NCBI GenBank assembly: GCA_028700115.1
Contig: JAQVTI010000012.1
Coordinates: 1-30,890 of the forward strand
Origin: Candidatus Iainarchaeum sp.
GTDB taxonomy: Archaea; Iainarchaeota; Iainarchaeia; Iainarchaeales; CSSED10-239
Length of the DNA: 30,890 bases
Direction: 5' to 3'
Under the pieces are notes generated by a model. It had not been told where the DNA came from and did not search any database. It saw nothing but the letters and a program-made list of their open reading frames with translations. Shown in pieces: positions 10,119-19,234 of the stretch. Each line of letters begins with the position of its first letter. Within the stretch, counting starts at the first letter, position 1. Made by a program: the position numbers and the translations under genes.

Positions 10119-11213
10119 TTAAAAATCAAGAATATCTCTATTTACATTAATAATTATAATTCTGGAATTACCTTTACCGTTTTTATTATCTTTTAAAGAA
10201 ATTAAATTAAGTTTATCTAATTTTTCTAAATATCTTCTTGCAGATCTTGAAGGAATATTTTCGGTAATATGAGCTAAAGAAGAATCTGATTGATCTTTTA
10301 AACTTAAAAAAAATCTTTTTTCATTATCATTTAATGTTTTAAATTTTTCTAAAAGTTTTACAGAATCAACTAAACTAGAACAACTTATTAAAATATCTTT
10401 AGAAATTTTTAAAAAACCATTTTTTTCAGAAAACTTTGAAGCCTTATAAACTAAATCAATTGCAATTCTTGCATCTCCAGAATTTTTTGCAGCAAAACCA
10501 GTAACAAATCCTATTAAATCTGTAGAAATTGCATTTTCAATCAATCCAAAATTAATTCTTTCTAAAAGGATATTTTTAAGATCAGAAGGAGTATATTTTG
10601 GAAACTCTAAATCTGTTAAAAATAAAGAACTTTGTGTTCTTAAATCTAAATAATTTATAAAAAATTTATTATTTGTTATTAAAATTAATGTAAAAAACTT
10701 AGAATTATATGAAAATCTACTTAAATCATAAAGAAGTTTTGAGCAATCATCTTTTTTTAAATTATCAATTTCATCTAAAATTATTACAGGATAAAAATCA
10801 GACTTTTTAAAAGATTCAACTAATCTATCCCAAACTTCATCAATTGCAAGCCCTCTTCTAGGCAAAATAACTTTATAAAAAGAAACAATTTTTTGAATAA
10901 TTGCAAATCTAGTATTATCTTGAATAGTATTAATATAAATATATTTTATATTATTAGAAAATTCACATAATTGATTTAAAACAAACTTAGAAATTAAAGT
11001 TTTACCTGTTCCAGAAGGACCAAAAATCAAAAGATTATTTGCTTTTTTTTTTGAAAGTAAGGGTTTTAAAAAAAATTGAAGATCAGAAATTTGTTTATCT
11101 CTAGAAACAATATTTTCTGGGAAATAATCTGGATAAAAAACAGATTCATCTTTAAATATAGATATTTCTGAATTTAAATATTCTTTAAAAATATTATTTT
11201 TTTTAGAAACCAT
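10119..11213 (-). CDS. Orc1/Cdc6-family origin recognition/helicase loader ATPase
   Basis: [27 protein letters not shown], sensor I LILITNN and a C-terminal winged helix. The start may be M20 of the listed ORF (11213) rather than 11270. Confidence 0.88.
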   Translation of the reverse strand: MVSKKNNIFKEYLNSEISIFKDESVFYPDYFPENIVSRDKQISDLQFFLKPLLSKKKANNLLIFGPSGTGKTLISKFVLNQLCEFSNNIKYIYINTIQDNTRFAIIQKIVSFYKVILPRRGLAIDEVWDRLVESFKKSDFYPVIILDEIDNLKKDDCSKLLYDLSRFSYNSKFFTLILITNNKFFINYLDLRTQSSLFLTDLEFPKYTPSDLKNILLERINFGLIENAISTDLIGFVTGFAAKNSGDARIAIDLVYKASKFSEKNGFLKISKDILISCSSLVDSVKLLEKFKTLNDNEKRFFLSLKDQSDSSLAHITENIPSRSARRYLEKLDKLNLISLKDNKNGKGNSRIIIINVNRDILDF

Positions 11214-11340
11214 ATTTAAATAATATATAATATAATTTATAAAGAATTCTTTTTTTATTTTCTCGGTCATTTACTCTCTTTGATAATCTATATATTAACA
11301 AAAATCTTTATATATTATAAAAATACAAAAAAGGTGAAAA

Positions 11341-11508
11341 AATGAATAAATTATATAGAAAAGACTTAATGAATATGCAAACAAGATTTTTAGTAAAAAT
11401 TAAAAAAACTCTTTTAAAAAGAATGGAATTTGGGGAATATATGACTAAAAAATATAATAATATGCTAATAGATATACTTGGGGAATTAGAAAGCAGATCA
11501 GAAATTAA
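11341..11508 (+). CDS. Small protein of unknown function (55 aa), possible frame break near its 3' end; not in the ORF track
   Basis: ATG preceded by AAGGTGAAAA; MNKLYRKDLMNMQTRFLVKIKKTLLKRMEFGEYMTKKYNNYANRYTWGIRKQIRN. A second frame continues as MLIDILGELESRSEIKKAN (11462..11521). Confidence 0.4.
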
Positions 11509-11613
11509 AAAAGCAAATTAAAAATGCAATAAATATTTTTTTAAATAAAATGTTTTGAACTAAAAATACTAAATAAACCCAAAATTTATAAATATAATAT
11601 CTATAAATTATTT

Positions 11614-12126
11614 GTGCTAAAAAAAAATATTATAAAAAATAAAAAAGCATTTTTAAGTGTATTTACCTTGCTTTTTATTTTAATTTTTATAACTATATCT
11701 TTTTCTAATAATTATCAAACACTTAATGACTTTTATATAATTAATAATTTAAATACACAAAATGAAATTATCAAAAATAATTTTATAAAAATAATAGAAA
11801 ATAATTTAGATGATAAAGAAACCGATAATGAAATAATTAAACAAAAAATAAATATAGAACTTAAAAAATATACACAAGAAAAAGACATTTATATAAAGAA
11901 TAAAATAACAAATGAATTAGAAAAAATTACCCTAGAAAAATTAAATTTAATATCAGAAGTATTAATTATAAAACCTTCTAATAAAATTATTGTAAAAAAA
12001 TATATAATTACAAATGGAATATCAAAAGACAAAACCATAATTATTATACAAAAAATAAATAATCATAAAACAGAAATTGAATTTCCACAAAATTATTCAA
12101 TAACAAAGGTGGTTATTCTTGAATAA
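11614..12126 (+). CDS. Pilin-like secreted/membrane-anchored protein, hypothetical
   Basis: MLKKNIIKNKKAFLSVFTLLFILIFITISF: N-terminal TM and an extracellular-type remainder; first gene of a run of similar small genes. Confidence 0.55.
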   Translation: MLKKNIIKNKKAFLSVFTLLFILIFITISFSNNYQTLNDFYIINNLNTQNEIIKNNFIKIIENNLDDKETDNEIIKQKINIELKKYTQEKDIYIKNKITNELEKITLEKLNLISEVLIIKPSNKIIVKKYIITNGISKDKTIIIIQKINNHKTEIEFPQNYSITKVVILE

Positions 12127-12382
12127 AGCTCAAATCTCATTAGAATTTATATTTTGTATACTTATTCTATTAATAATATTAACCTTATTTATAAATATCA
12201 ATATATCTCTTAAAGAAAAATATGAAAAACAAAATGATAATATATATAATCTAAAAATATGTACACTTAAAGAAAAATATATTATAGAAAAAAATGGAGA
12301 AATAAAAAATGATTTCTGTAAAAGCACAAATTATGTTAATGGATATTTTAATATTTTTAATAATTTGCTTACTAATAATTAG
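12119..12382 (+). CDS. Class III signal peptide protein (pilin-like)
   Basis: MNKAQISLEFIFCILILLIILTLF. Confidence 0.65.
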   Translation: MNKAQISLEFIFCILILLIILTLFININISLKEKYEKQNDNIYNLKICTLKEKYIIEKNGEIKNDFCKSTNYVNGYFNIFNNLLTNN

Positions 12383-12710
12383 TATAGAAACACAATATTT
12401 AAAAGAAAACATAATCATAAAAGAAAAAGAATATAAAAACTTAGAAGAACTAGAAAACATATTATTAATAGAAACAATGATTAGTGATAGTAACTATCTA
12501 GCAATACAAAAAGAAAACATAGATTGTAAAAATAAAATTGAAATAAAAAATTTAGATAAACTTAGAAAAATAAATAACTTAAAAAAAATAAAAATATCTG
12601 AAAAAGAAATACAAATAAACACAATAAAATGTAATTATAAAACCTATACAAGAGCAGTAATTTATAATAATAAATTTGAAATAATAGAGGTAAGTTTTTG
12701 TGAAAAATAA
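12309..12710 (+). CDS. Pilin-like protein with class-III-like signal
   Basis: MISVKAQIMLMDILIFLIICLLII, followed by a 100 aa polar domain; overlaps the previous gene out of frame. Confidence 0.55.
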   Translation: MISVKAQIMLMDILIFLIICLLIISIETQYLKENIIIKEKEYKNLEELENILLIETMISDSNYLAIQKENIDCKNKIEIKNLDKLRKINNLKKIKISEKEIQINTIKCNYKTYTRAVIYNNKFEIIEVSFCEK

Positions 12711-13059
12711 AGGCATTTTATTTACTATAGATGGTATGTTAGCACTAATATTTATAAGTTTATTAATAACTATAAATCTTAATAACACAAATAATCTAGA
12801 AGAAATTGAAAAATTAGACACACTTTTAAAAATATCAGATCTTTTAATAACATCACAACATATAGAATTAGAAAACATAAACATATTAGAAAAAAACTTT
12901 AAAAAAATATTTCCAAATAAAAAAGGATATATTAAAATAAATAATCAAATTAAAGAAATTGGAAAAAAATGTACTAATTGTGATATTATTTCACAAAAAG
13001 CAACATATATTAATAAATCTAATCAAGAAATATATATAGAAATTAGAATATATAAATAA
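12700..13059 (+). CDS. Pilin-like protein, hypothetical
   Basis: MKNKGILFTIDGMLALIFISLLITINL; translationally overlapping with the preceding gene. Confidence 0.55.
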   Translation: MKNKGILFTIDGMLALIFISLLITINLNNTNNLEEIEKLDTLLKISDLLITSQHIELENINILEKNFKKIFPNKKGYIKINNQIKEIGKKCTNCDIISQKATYINKSNQEIYIEIRIYK

Positions 13060-13101
13060 ATTATTTTAAAAAAATATTTAAAAAATAATAACTGTAAAAA
13101 G

Positions 13102-13845
13102 ATGGAAAATATGTTTTATATAATAGGAATTGGATTAAAACCAAAGCAAATAAGTTTTGAAGCAATTGAAACTATAACAAAATGTAAAGAAATATATATA
13201 GATAATTATACAAATATATTTTCTAAAGGAAATATAAAAGATTTAGAAAAAATAATAAATAAAAAAATAATTCCATTAAATAGAAAAGAATTAGAACAAG
13301 AACAAAAATTTATTAAAAAAAAAAATTGTCTTTTAGTTATTGGAAATGCATTATCTGCAACAACACATTTTTCAATAATAAAAGATGCTGAAAAAAAAAA
13401 CATTAAAACAAAAATAATAACAGGAATTTCAATATTTAATTATAGAGGAGCATGTGGGCTTTATGAGTATAAATTTGGAAAAACTGTATCTATTGTTTAT
13501 CCTTTAAAAAATTTTAATCCAAAAAGCTTTTATGAAACTATTTTAGAAAATATTAAAATAGGAGCACACACATTATGTTTACTTGACATAAAAGTAGATG
13601 AAAATAAATTTATGACATGCAAAGAAGCATGTGAAATTCTTGAACAAATTGATGAAAAAAAAATATTAAAAGAAAAAGAATGTGTTGCATATTTTTCAAT
13701 GGGGTCAAATAAAGAAGAAATAATTAAATTTAAATTTAAAGAATATAAAGAAATAAAAACAATAAAAAAATACCCACAATCTTTGATAATTTGTGGGAAT
13801 TTAAATGAATTTGAAAAAGGGGCTATAAATGAACACAGAACTTGA
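13102..13845 (+). CDS. dphB: Diphthine synthase (diphthamide biosynthesis methyltransferase)
   Basis: MFYIIGIGLKPKQISFEAIETITKCKEIYIDNYTN, LLVIGNALSATTHFSI, GACGLYEYKFGKTVSIVYP, HTLCLLDIK. Confidence 0.92.
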   Translation: MENMFYIIGIGLKPKQISFEAIETITKCKEIYIDNYTNIFSKGNIKDLEKIINKKIIPLNRKELEQEQKFIKKKNCLLVIGNALSATTHFSIIKDAEKKNIKTKIITGISIFNYRGACGLYEYKFGKTVSIVYPLKNFNPKSFYETILENIKIGAHTLCLLDIKVDENKFMTCKEACEILEQIDEKKILKEKECVAYFSMGSNKEEIIKFKFKEYKEIKTIKKYPQSLIICGNLNEFEKGAINEHRT

Positions 13846-14116
13846 AGAATATGCTTTAAAATATAAACTACTTTTAGAAAAAGCACTAAGTATAATAAAA
13901 ATAAATATAGAAAACGAGTCTTTTTTAAGAGATATGGCAAAAGACTATGAACAGATGGCTAAAAATTATTTAAAAGATGGAAATATCTTTATAGAAAAAA
14001 AAGATCATAAAAGAGCACTTGCTGCATTTTCATATGCATATGGATGGATCGATTCAGGGGTAAGGATAGGTTTATTTTATGGAATTGATAGAAATTTATT
14101 TACATTATATAAGTGA
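13829..14116 (+). CDS. DUF357-family helical protein
   Basis: AKDYEQMAKNYLKDGNIFIEKKDHKRALAAFSYAYGWIDSGVRIGLF, typical of the archaeal DUF357 family. Confidence 0.75.
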   Translation: MNTELEEYALKYKLLLEKALSIIKINIENESFLRDMAKDYEQMAKNYLKDGNIFIEKKDHKRALAAFSYAYGWIDSGVRIGLFYGIDRNLFTLYK

Positions 14117-14122
14117 TAATCT

Positions 14123-14617
14123 ATGGAAAACAAAATTGAAAATAATTTTTGTGAAATTAAAAATAATAATTTAAAATCCCAATTAATACAAAAAAATTAT
14201 GGAATTAAAGAAGATAATTTAATTTTAAAATTAGATTTATTTGAAACAATGTATCTATTTGAAAAAAACAAAATAAAAATAAAAAACATATCAAATATTT
14301 CAGAACTTGAAAAATATTGTTTAAAAAAAATTAAAAATTTTAAAGACAAATATTTAGTTTTTAAAGACTTTAGAAATAACGGATATATTATAAAAGATGG
14401 ATTAAAATTTGGATTTGATTTTAAAATTTATGAAAATGAAAAATCAAAAAAACATAATCACACAAAATATGTAGTAGATGTTAAAAGAAGCCATAAAGAT
14501 CAAATGAGTAAAATTATAAAATCAGAAAGACTTGCAAATAGTATAAAAACAAAATATATTGTAGCAATTATAGATTTAGAAAATAAAATTACAAAAATAA
14601 AAATAGAAAGAATATAA
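14123..14617 (+). CDS. endA: tRNA-splicing endonuclease
   Basis: YLVFKDFRNNGYIIKDGLKFGFDFKIYE...HNHTKYVVDV...RLANSIKTKYIVAI, with the Tyr/His/Lys catalytic arrangement; single ~164 aa unit. Confidence 0.88.
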   Translation: MENKIENNFCEIKNNNLKSQLIQKNYGIKEDNLILKLDLFETMYLFEKNKIKIKNISNISELEKYCLKKIKNFKDKYLVFKDFRNNGYIIKDGLKFGFDFKIYENEKSKKHNHTKYVVDVKRSHKDQMSKIIKSERLANSIKTKYIVAIIDLENKITKIKIERI

Positions 14618-14647
14618 TAAAAAAAATAAAATTTAAATAATATAAAA

Positions 14648-15100
14648 TTATCTACAAGTTATTTCCCAAACATATCCTGTACATTGAGTATTTCTTAATT
14701 GTAAATTAATTGGAGTTTGACCATTATAAGATTCAATTAAAGCATTTGCTGATTCTCCTTTAGAAAGAGAATTTGAATCTAAAATATTAACATTACTATT
14801 ATCAAAAGAATCATCAGAATCAATTAAAATTACATTAAAATTATGATCTTCATTAAAAGAAATATCTCCTGAATTAACAAATGTAAAAGAAATTTTTTCC
14901 CCAACAGAATTATAATCACAACCTAAAAAAGTAATTGAAGCACCTATACAACTAGTATCAATAGCATTATCAGCATCAGATGTACTTTTTTGAACAAAAT
15001 TTTGACTCCAAGATAATAATAATCCAACTAAAACAATTGCAACAACAATAATTAAAACAGTTGCAATTAATGGAGATATAGATTTTTTTATATATTTCAC
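14648..15100 (-). CDS. Type IV pilin-like protein
   Basis: MKYIKKSISPLIATVLIIVVAIVLVGLLLSWSQN, paired Cys in N- and C-terminal parts. Confidence 0.8.
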   Translation of the reverse strand: MKYIKKSISPLIATVLIIVVAIVLVGLLLSWSQNFVQKSTSDADNAIDTSCIGASITFLGCDYNSVGEKISFTFVNSGDISFNEDHNFNVILIDSDDSFDNSNVNILDSNSLSKGESANALIESYNGQTPINLQLRNTQCTGYVWEITCR

Positions 15101-15203
15101 AAAATAACCTTCTTTATTTTTTATTTTTAAATATAAAACAAACTTAATTTAAAATAAATATAAAAAAAAGATTTTATTAAAATCTTTTTTAAAATATATC
15201 TAT

Positions 15204-15680
15204 TTAACTATGACAATTCTTAAATGTGTAAGTTGCATCAGAACTACAAACAGAAGACTTCACAGTTACATTAAAGGTGTCTCCAGTTAAACCTAAATCT
15301 GAAATATCCATATTTACCTTAACTTGTTGACCAGAAGTTAATCCAGCCCATGTAGAATATGAAGATATAGTATTAGAACCATTATAATCCCCACCATCAC
15401 TAGAAACTTGTATTAAAAAATCATCTGCTGTTGTAAAATCATAATTTGAACCAATATTTTTAACATAAAAAACTATATTCCCATCTATTACAGAACAAGA
15501 AGGTATAGTTAAACTAGCCCCTGTACAAGTTGTATCAATAATATTACCTGTTTCAGAAAGACTATTTGTAGTAAAAGACTTACCCCAATTTAATACAATT
15601 GCAACTAATGCAACTGCAACAACAATTAATAAAACTGTTGCAATTAATGGAGAAATTCCTTTTTTATTTCTTAAATTCAT
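15204..15680 (-). CDS. Type IV pilin-like protein
   Basis: MNLRNKKGISPLIATVLLIVVAVALVAIVLNWGKSF, C-terminal CSSDATYTFKNC. Confidence 0.8.
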   Translation of the reverse strand: MNLRNKKGISPLIATVLLIVVAVALVAIVLNWGKSFTTNSLSETGNIIDTTCTGASLTIPSCSVIDGNIVFYVKNIGSNYDFTTADDFLIQVSSDGGDYNGSNTISSYSTWAGLTSGQQVKVNMDISDLGLTGDTFNVTVKSSVCSSDATYTFKNCHS

Positions 15681-15731
15681 TATTAATCACCTATTTTAAA
15701 TATTAAAAGATATTTTAATTTTTAATAAATA

Positions 15732-16190
15732 TTAATTACAATTTGTAGTTTGTGCAATTTTATCTGGGCAGCTATCAATATATACTTGAACTTTTTTTAA
15801 AGGCTCAGATAAATTTTGAAAATCCTCTATAGGAGAATATACACTATTATCTATAGCCATTGCATTTCCTACAAAATTTGGTGCAAAATCAGAACTTACA
15901 ATATGATTATTTGCATCAATTACTGTTAATATTAAATTATCATCAATCTCTACAGTTGATTTATCATATAAAATAAAACTTAGCCCATTTGTAGAATCAT
16001 AACTACAACCATAATCTATATAAAAATCAATAGCTGTACAATCAATCCATTCATTTGTTTTTTTAGTTAAACTTTCAGTAGTTTCTTTAGCATTTTGAGA
16101 AGACCAAGAATATAATATTCCTGCTAAAGATAAAGCTACTGCAACTAATAAAATTGTTGCAATTAATGGAGAAATTCCTTTTTGTTTCAT
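15732..16190 (-). CDS. Type IV pilin-like protein
   Basis: MKQKGISPLIATILLVAVALSLAGILYSWSSQN, C-terminal CPDKIAQTTNC. Confidence 0.8.
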   Translation of the reverse strand: MKQKGISPLIATILLVAVALSLAGILYSWSSQNAKETTESLTKKTNEWIDCTAIDFYIDYGCSYDSTNGLSFILYDKSTVEIDDNLILTVIDANNHIVSSDFAPNFVGNAMAIDNSVYSPIEDFQNLSEPLKKVQVYIDSCPDKIAQTTNCN

Positions 16191-16290
16191 AAAAATCTTA
16201 ATTTACTAAATTTTTTTAATAAATGTTATTAAAATATAATAAATATATTACCCATATATATATAAATGTTATTTATTTTATAAAAATAAA

Positions 16291-17130
16291 CTAAATAAAC
16301 AAAATTGTTGTAAGAACATAAATTGGAATAGAAACCCCTAACAAAATAATTGAATGCCTTATACCAGCAATTGCATTATTTTCAGAAATTTTACCAATTA
16401 CTGGACCTGCAAAAATACCTTGAATTAATATTAAATATAAAAAATATTTATTAAAATCTACATCAGACACAGGGGTTATACCACTAGAAGCACCAGTTAC
16501 AGATAAAGAATTGGAAGTAAGCATAGGTAAAAATATAATTTGGATAATTAAAACAATACCAATGAAAACAAAAAACATAAAATAACTTGAAAAAATTGTA
16601 GAAAATGTTTTAGATTTTCTTTGGGCAACCATATCATTTAAAGTTCTTACATAATTTGAAATTGATGCAAAAATTTTAATAATATTCCCCCCAACTTTAG
16701 TAGTTTCAGAAATTATTTGAGTTACTTGCTTAAATGTTGGAGAATCTAAAATACCAAAAGTATCATTAAAAGCACTCTCAAAAGAAACCCCAATTTTAAC
16801 TTGTGCTGCAAGCCTTTTAACAGGTTCATTTAAAGAACCATAATCATGTCTGGTTGTAATTTCAATAGCAGTTACAATATTCATACCACCTTGAAGAAGA
16901 TCTTTTAAATCATCTAAAAAAACAAAAAGATTTTTTTCATAAGATTTAATTTTTCTACTATATATTCTTGCTGCAAGCCCAATAGATAATAATAAAGGAA
17001 AAATAGAAAAAATTAAAATTTTAGTATTAAATAATAATACAAAAACAATAATACTACCAATTAAACCTTTAGACCCATAATTTAAAAAAAACTTTTGTCT
17101 TGGATTTAATTTAATATTTTTATTATCCAT
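16291..17130 (-). CDS. Type II/IV secretion platform protein (T2SSF domain, TadC/FlaJ-like)
   Basis: LFVFLDDLKDLLQGGMNIVTAIEI...LAAQVKIGVSFESAFNDTF...ISETTKVGGNIIKIFASISNYVRTLNDMVAQRKS; multi-TM C-terminus. Confidence 0.8.
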   Translation of the reverse strand: MDNKNIKLNPRQKFFLNYGSKGLIGSIIVFVLLFNTKILIFSIFPLLLSIGLAARIYSRKIKSYEKNLFVFLDDLKDLLQGGMNIVTAIEITTRHDYGSLNEPVKRLAAQVKIGVSFESAFNDTFGILDSPTFKQVTQIISETTKVGGNIIKIFASISNYVRTLNDMVAQRKSKTFSTIFSSYFMFFVFIGIVLIIQIIFLPMLTSNSLSVTGASSGITPVSDVDFNKYFLYLILIQGIFAGPVIGKISENNAIAGIRHSIILLGVSIPIYVLTTILFI

Positions 17131-17132
17131 TA

Positions 17133-18008
17133 TTAATTACCTACCAAATTTATTAAAAATATAAAAAGAATATTAATTACAGGAACTAAAATAAAAACCC
17201 CAATTGCAAGAAGAGAACCAATACTTAAGCCTCCAATTGCACCTCCTACCATACCCATAAGCATAATTCCAGAAAATAAAAATAAAGGTCCTGCAATAAC
17301 AACAGCAGAATAAATATCACCAAAAAGTTCTGCTTTTTTATTTTGATTATCAAGTAAAAGATTATATTCAAATTTTGCATGATCAGCTTTCTTTTTCATA
17401 AAATCAGAAAGAGATCCCCCTGCTTCCAAATTAGATTTTAAATCTAATAAAAATTTTTTTAATTCAAAAGAAGGAGTTTTTTTTGCAACAATATCTATTG
17501 CTTCTAAAAGAGAAATACCTAATTTATCTATATAATAAATAATTTTAGAAAATTCATTATTTAAATATTGATTTTTATCTTTAACATTAGAAGTAGAAAA
17601 AATTGCTTCGGGAGGTGCACCAGATTCTGCAACACTAGACATTCCAAGTATAACTAATGGCAAATTATTTTTAATACTATTAACTTTTGAATTAATTATT
17701 ATATAAGGTCTTAAAAAAGAAAAAACAAAATATAAAATAAACAAAACAAAAGAAATTATAAATAGAATAGAAAAAGAAATTAATAAATTTGGAACAATAT
17801 TTGAAATTATACTCCCAGAAACAAAAACCATAATTGCAATAAAAAAAGAATAAAAAAGATTTTTAGAAAAATATTCACTTACATCTACATCTAAATCAGC
17901 TTGTTCAAATTTTTGTTGAACACTAACTACATCTAAATTTTTTGTAATCGGTATAAACATCCTATAAAGTTTTTCCTCAAAACTAAGATTATTTTCTTTA
18001 ATAGACAT
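17133..18008 (-). CDS. Type II/IV secretion platform protein (T2SSF domain), second copy/half
   Basis: LPLVILGMSSVAESGAPPEAIFSTSN...EFSKIIYYIDKLGISLLEAIDIVAKKTPSFELKKFLLDLKSNLEAGGSLSDFMKKKAD. Confidence 0.8.
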   Translation of the reverse strand: MSIKENNLSFEEKLYRMFIPITKNLDVVSVQQKFEQADLDVDVSEYFSKNLFYSFFIAIMVFVSGSIISNIVPNLLISFSILFIISFVLFILYFVFSFLRPYIIINSKVNSIKNNLPLVILGMSSVAESGAPPEAIFSTSNVKDKNQYLNNEFSKIIYYIDKLGISLLEAIDIVAKKTPSFELKKFLLDLKSNLEAGGSLSDFMKKKADHAKFEYNLLLDNQNKKAELFGDIYSAVVIAGPLFLFSGIMLMGMVGGAIGGLSIGSLLAIGVFILVPVINILFIFLINLVGN

Positions 18009-18094
18009 AATAATTTACATTTAAAATATATTTTATTAATAAATAGTAAATATAAATTCTTTTTAATACTTTCTATAATTTAAAAAAATAAAAA

Positions 18095-19207
18095 TTAAAC
18101 ATTAAATTCAACAACATCTTCATTTTTTAAAATATAAGACTTAGAAACAGTTTGACCAGGATATTTTGTAGATCCCCAAACTTTTGCAGATTTTAAATTA
18201 TTATAAATATTTTTGTGAATTATTTTTGCAGCATCTAATACAGTTTCACCTTTATTTAATACCAAGGGTTCATTTTTAGATAATTTTTGTCCAGGTTTCT
18301 TTGTAAAAATTATGACTTTATTTAATTTTTCAAAAATTAAATTTCTAACATTTTCTTTTTCAGAAAAATCTACACAATTAATACCTTTATATTTACTTAA
18401 TAATAATTTTTTAGAAAAAGGCATAGAAACACAAATTACAGAAACATATGCAGCTCTTGGATTTACTAAAAGTAATAAGTCTTCTAAACTTGTTTTTTGA
18501 TTTAAAATAATATTTGAATTTTTAATACCTGACGATTTCAAAAAATCTAAAGCTTGATCTAAAGGTAATTGTAAATTTTTTGGATTAATTATTGAAATCC
18601 CAGAAAATTCGCTTTTTGAAATTAAAATATCTGGTTTATTTATTTTTAAATAAACATCTTGCTTTCTAAAAATTTCTAAAAGAAAATCTAAATCTTTCAT
18701 ATTCCCATCTTTTATTATAAAAATTACAAGATCAGAAACTCTAATCATAGAATAAATTTGAGAAGTTAAATCATGACCTTCTAAAAAAGCAGGAAGTTCA
18801 ATAGTTTGAATTAAAGCACCCCCATAATTTAAAATACCTACTTCAGGTTTAGTAGTAGTATAAGGATAAGAAGCAATTACAGGTTTTGCATTTGTAAATG
18901 TTTGTAAAAAAGTACTTTTACCAGAATTAGCAAATCCAACTAAAACAACTTGACCAGCCCCATCTTTTTTAATATTTATTGTAGATCCAGATTTTTTGGC
19001 ATTATTTGCATGTTTTTCAATTTTTGATTTTAAAGAAACTAATTTTCTAGATAAATCTTTTCTAAGATTTTCAGCACCTTTATGAGCTGGAGCTTTAGAA
19101 ATCATCTCTTGTAAAGCTACAACTCTTTCTTCATCGCTTTTAGCTTCATCATATTTTTTTTGAGCAAGAGAAAATTCATAAGATGCATTTATTGGCATAG
19201 TAATCAC
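18095..19207 (-). CDS. DRG/Obg-family GTPase with C-terminal TGS domain
   Basis: VVLVGFANSGKSTFLQTFTNAKPVIASYPYTTTKPEVGILNYGGALIQTIELP; IFTKKPGQ...VLDAAKIIHKNIYNNLKSAKVWGSTKYPGQTVSKSYIL. Confidence 0.9.
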   Translation of the reverse strand: MITMPINASYEFSLAQKKYDEAKSDEERVVALQEMISKAPAHKGAENLRKDLSRKLVSLKSKIEKHANNAKKSGSTINIKKDGAGQVVLVGFANSGKSTFLQTFTNAKPVIASYPYTTTKPEVGILNYGGALIQTIELPAFLEGHDLTSQIYSMIRVSDLVIFIIKDGNMKDLDFLLEIFRKQDVYLKINKPDILISKSEFSGISIINPKNLQLPLDQALDFLKSSGIKNSNIILNQKTSLEDLLLLVNPRAAYVSVICVSMPFSKKLLLSKYKGINCVDFSEKENVRNLIFEKLNKVIIFTKKPGQKLSKNEPLVLNKGETVLDAAKIIHKNIYNNLKSAKVWGSTKYPGQTVSKSYILKNEDVVEFNV

Positions 19208-19234
19208 ATTATTATTAATTTAATTATCTAAAAA

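Noticed and set aside
11214-11340. Possible replication origin in the orc1/cdc6 upstream region
   Set aside because: Origins are often next to orc1, but I found no repeated ORB-like or clear inverted motif here. AT-richness is uninformative in this genome. A cumulative GC-skew plot of the whole chromosome would be decisive.
18312-18500. Plus-strand ORF inside the DRG GTPase (and similar at 9426-9656, 13206-13403, 13530-13940, 23966-24148, 27257-27469, 12130-12327, 12251-12460, 12579-12884)
   Set aside because: All are shadow ORFs antisense or out-of-frame to well-supported genes; low-complexity AT-driven translations.
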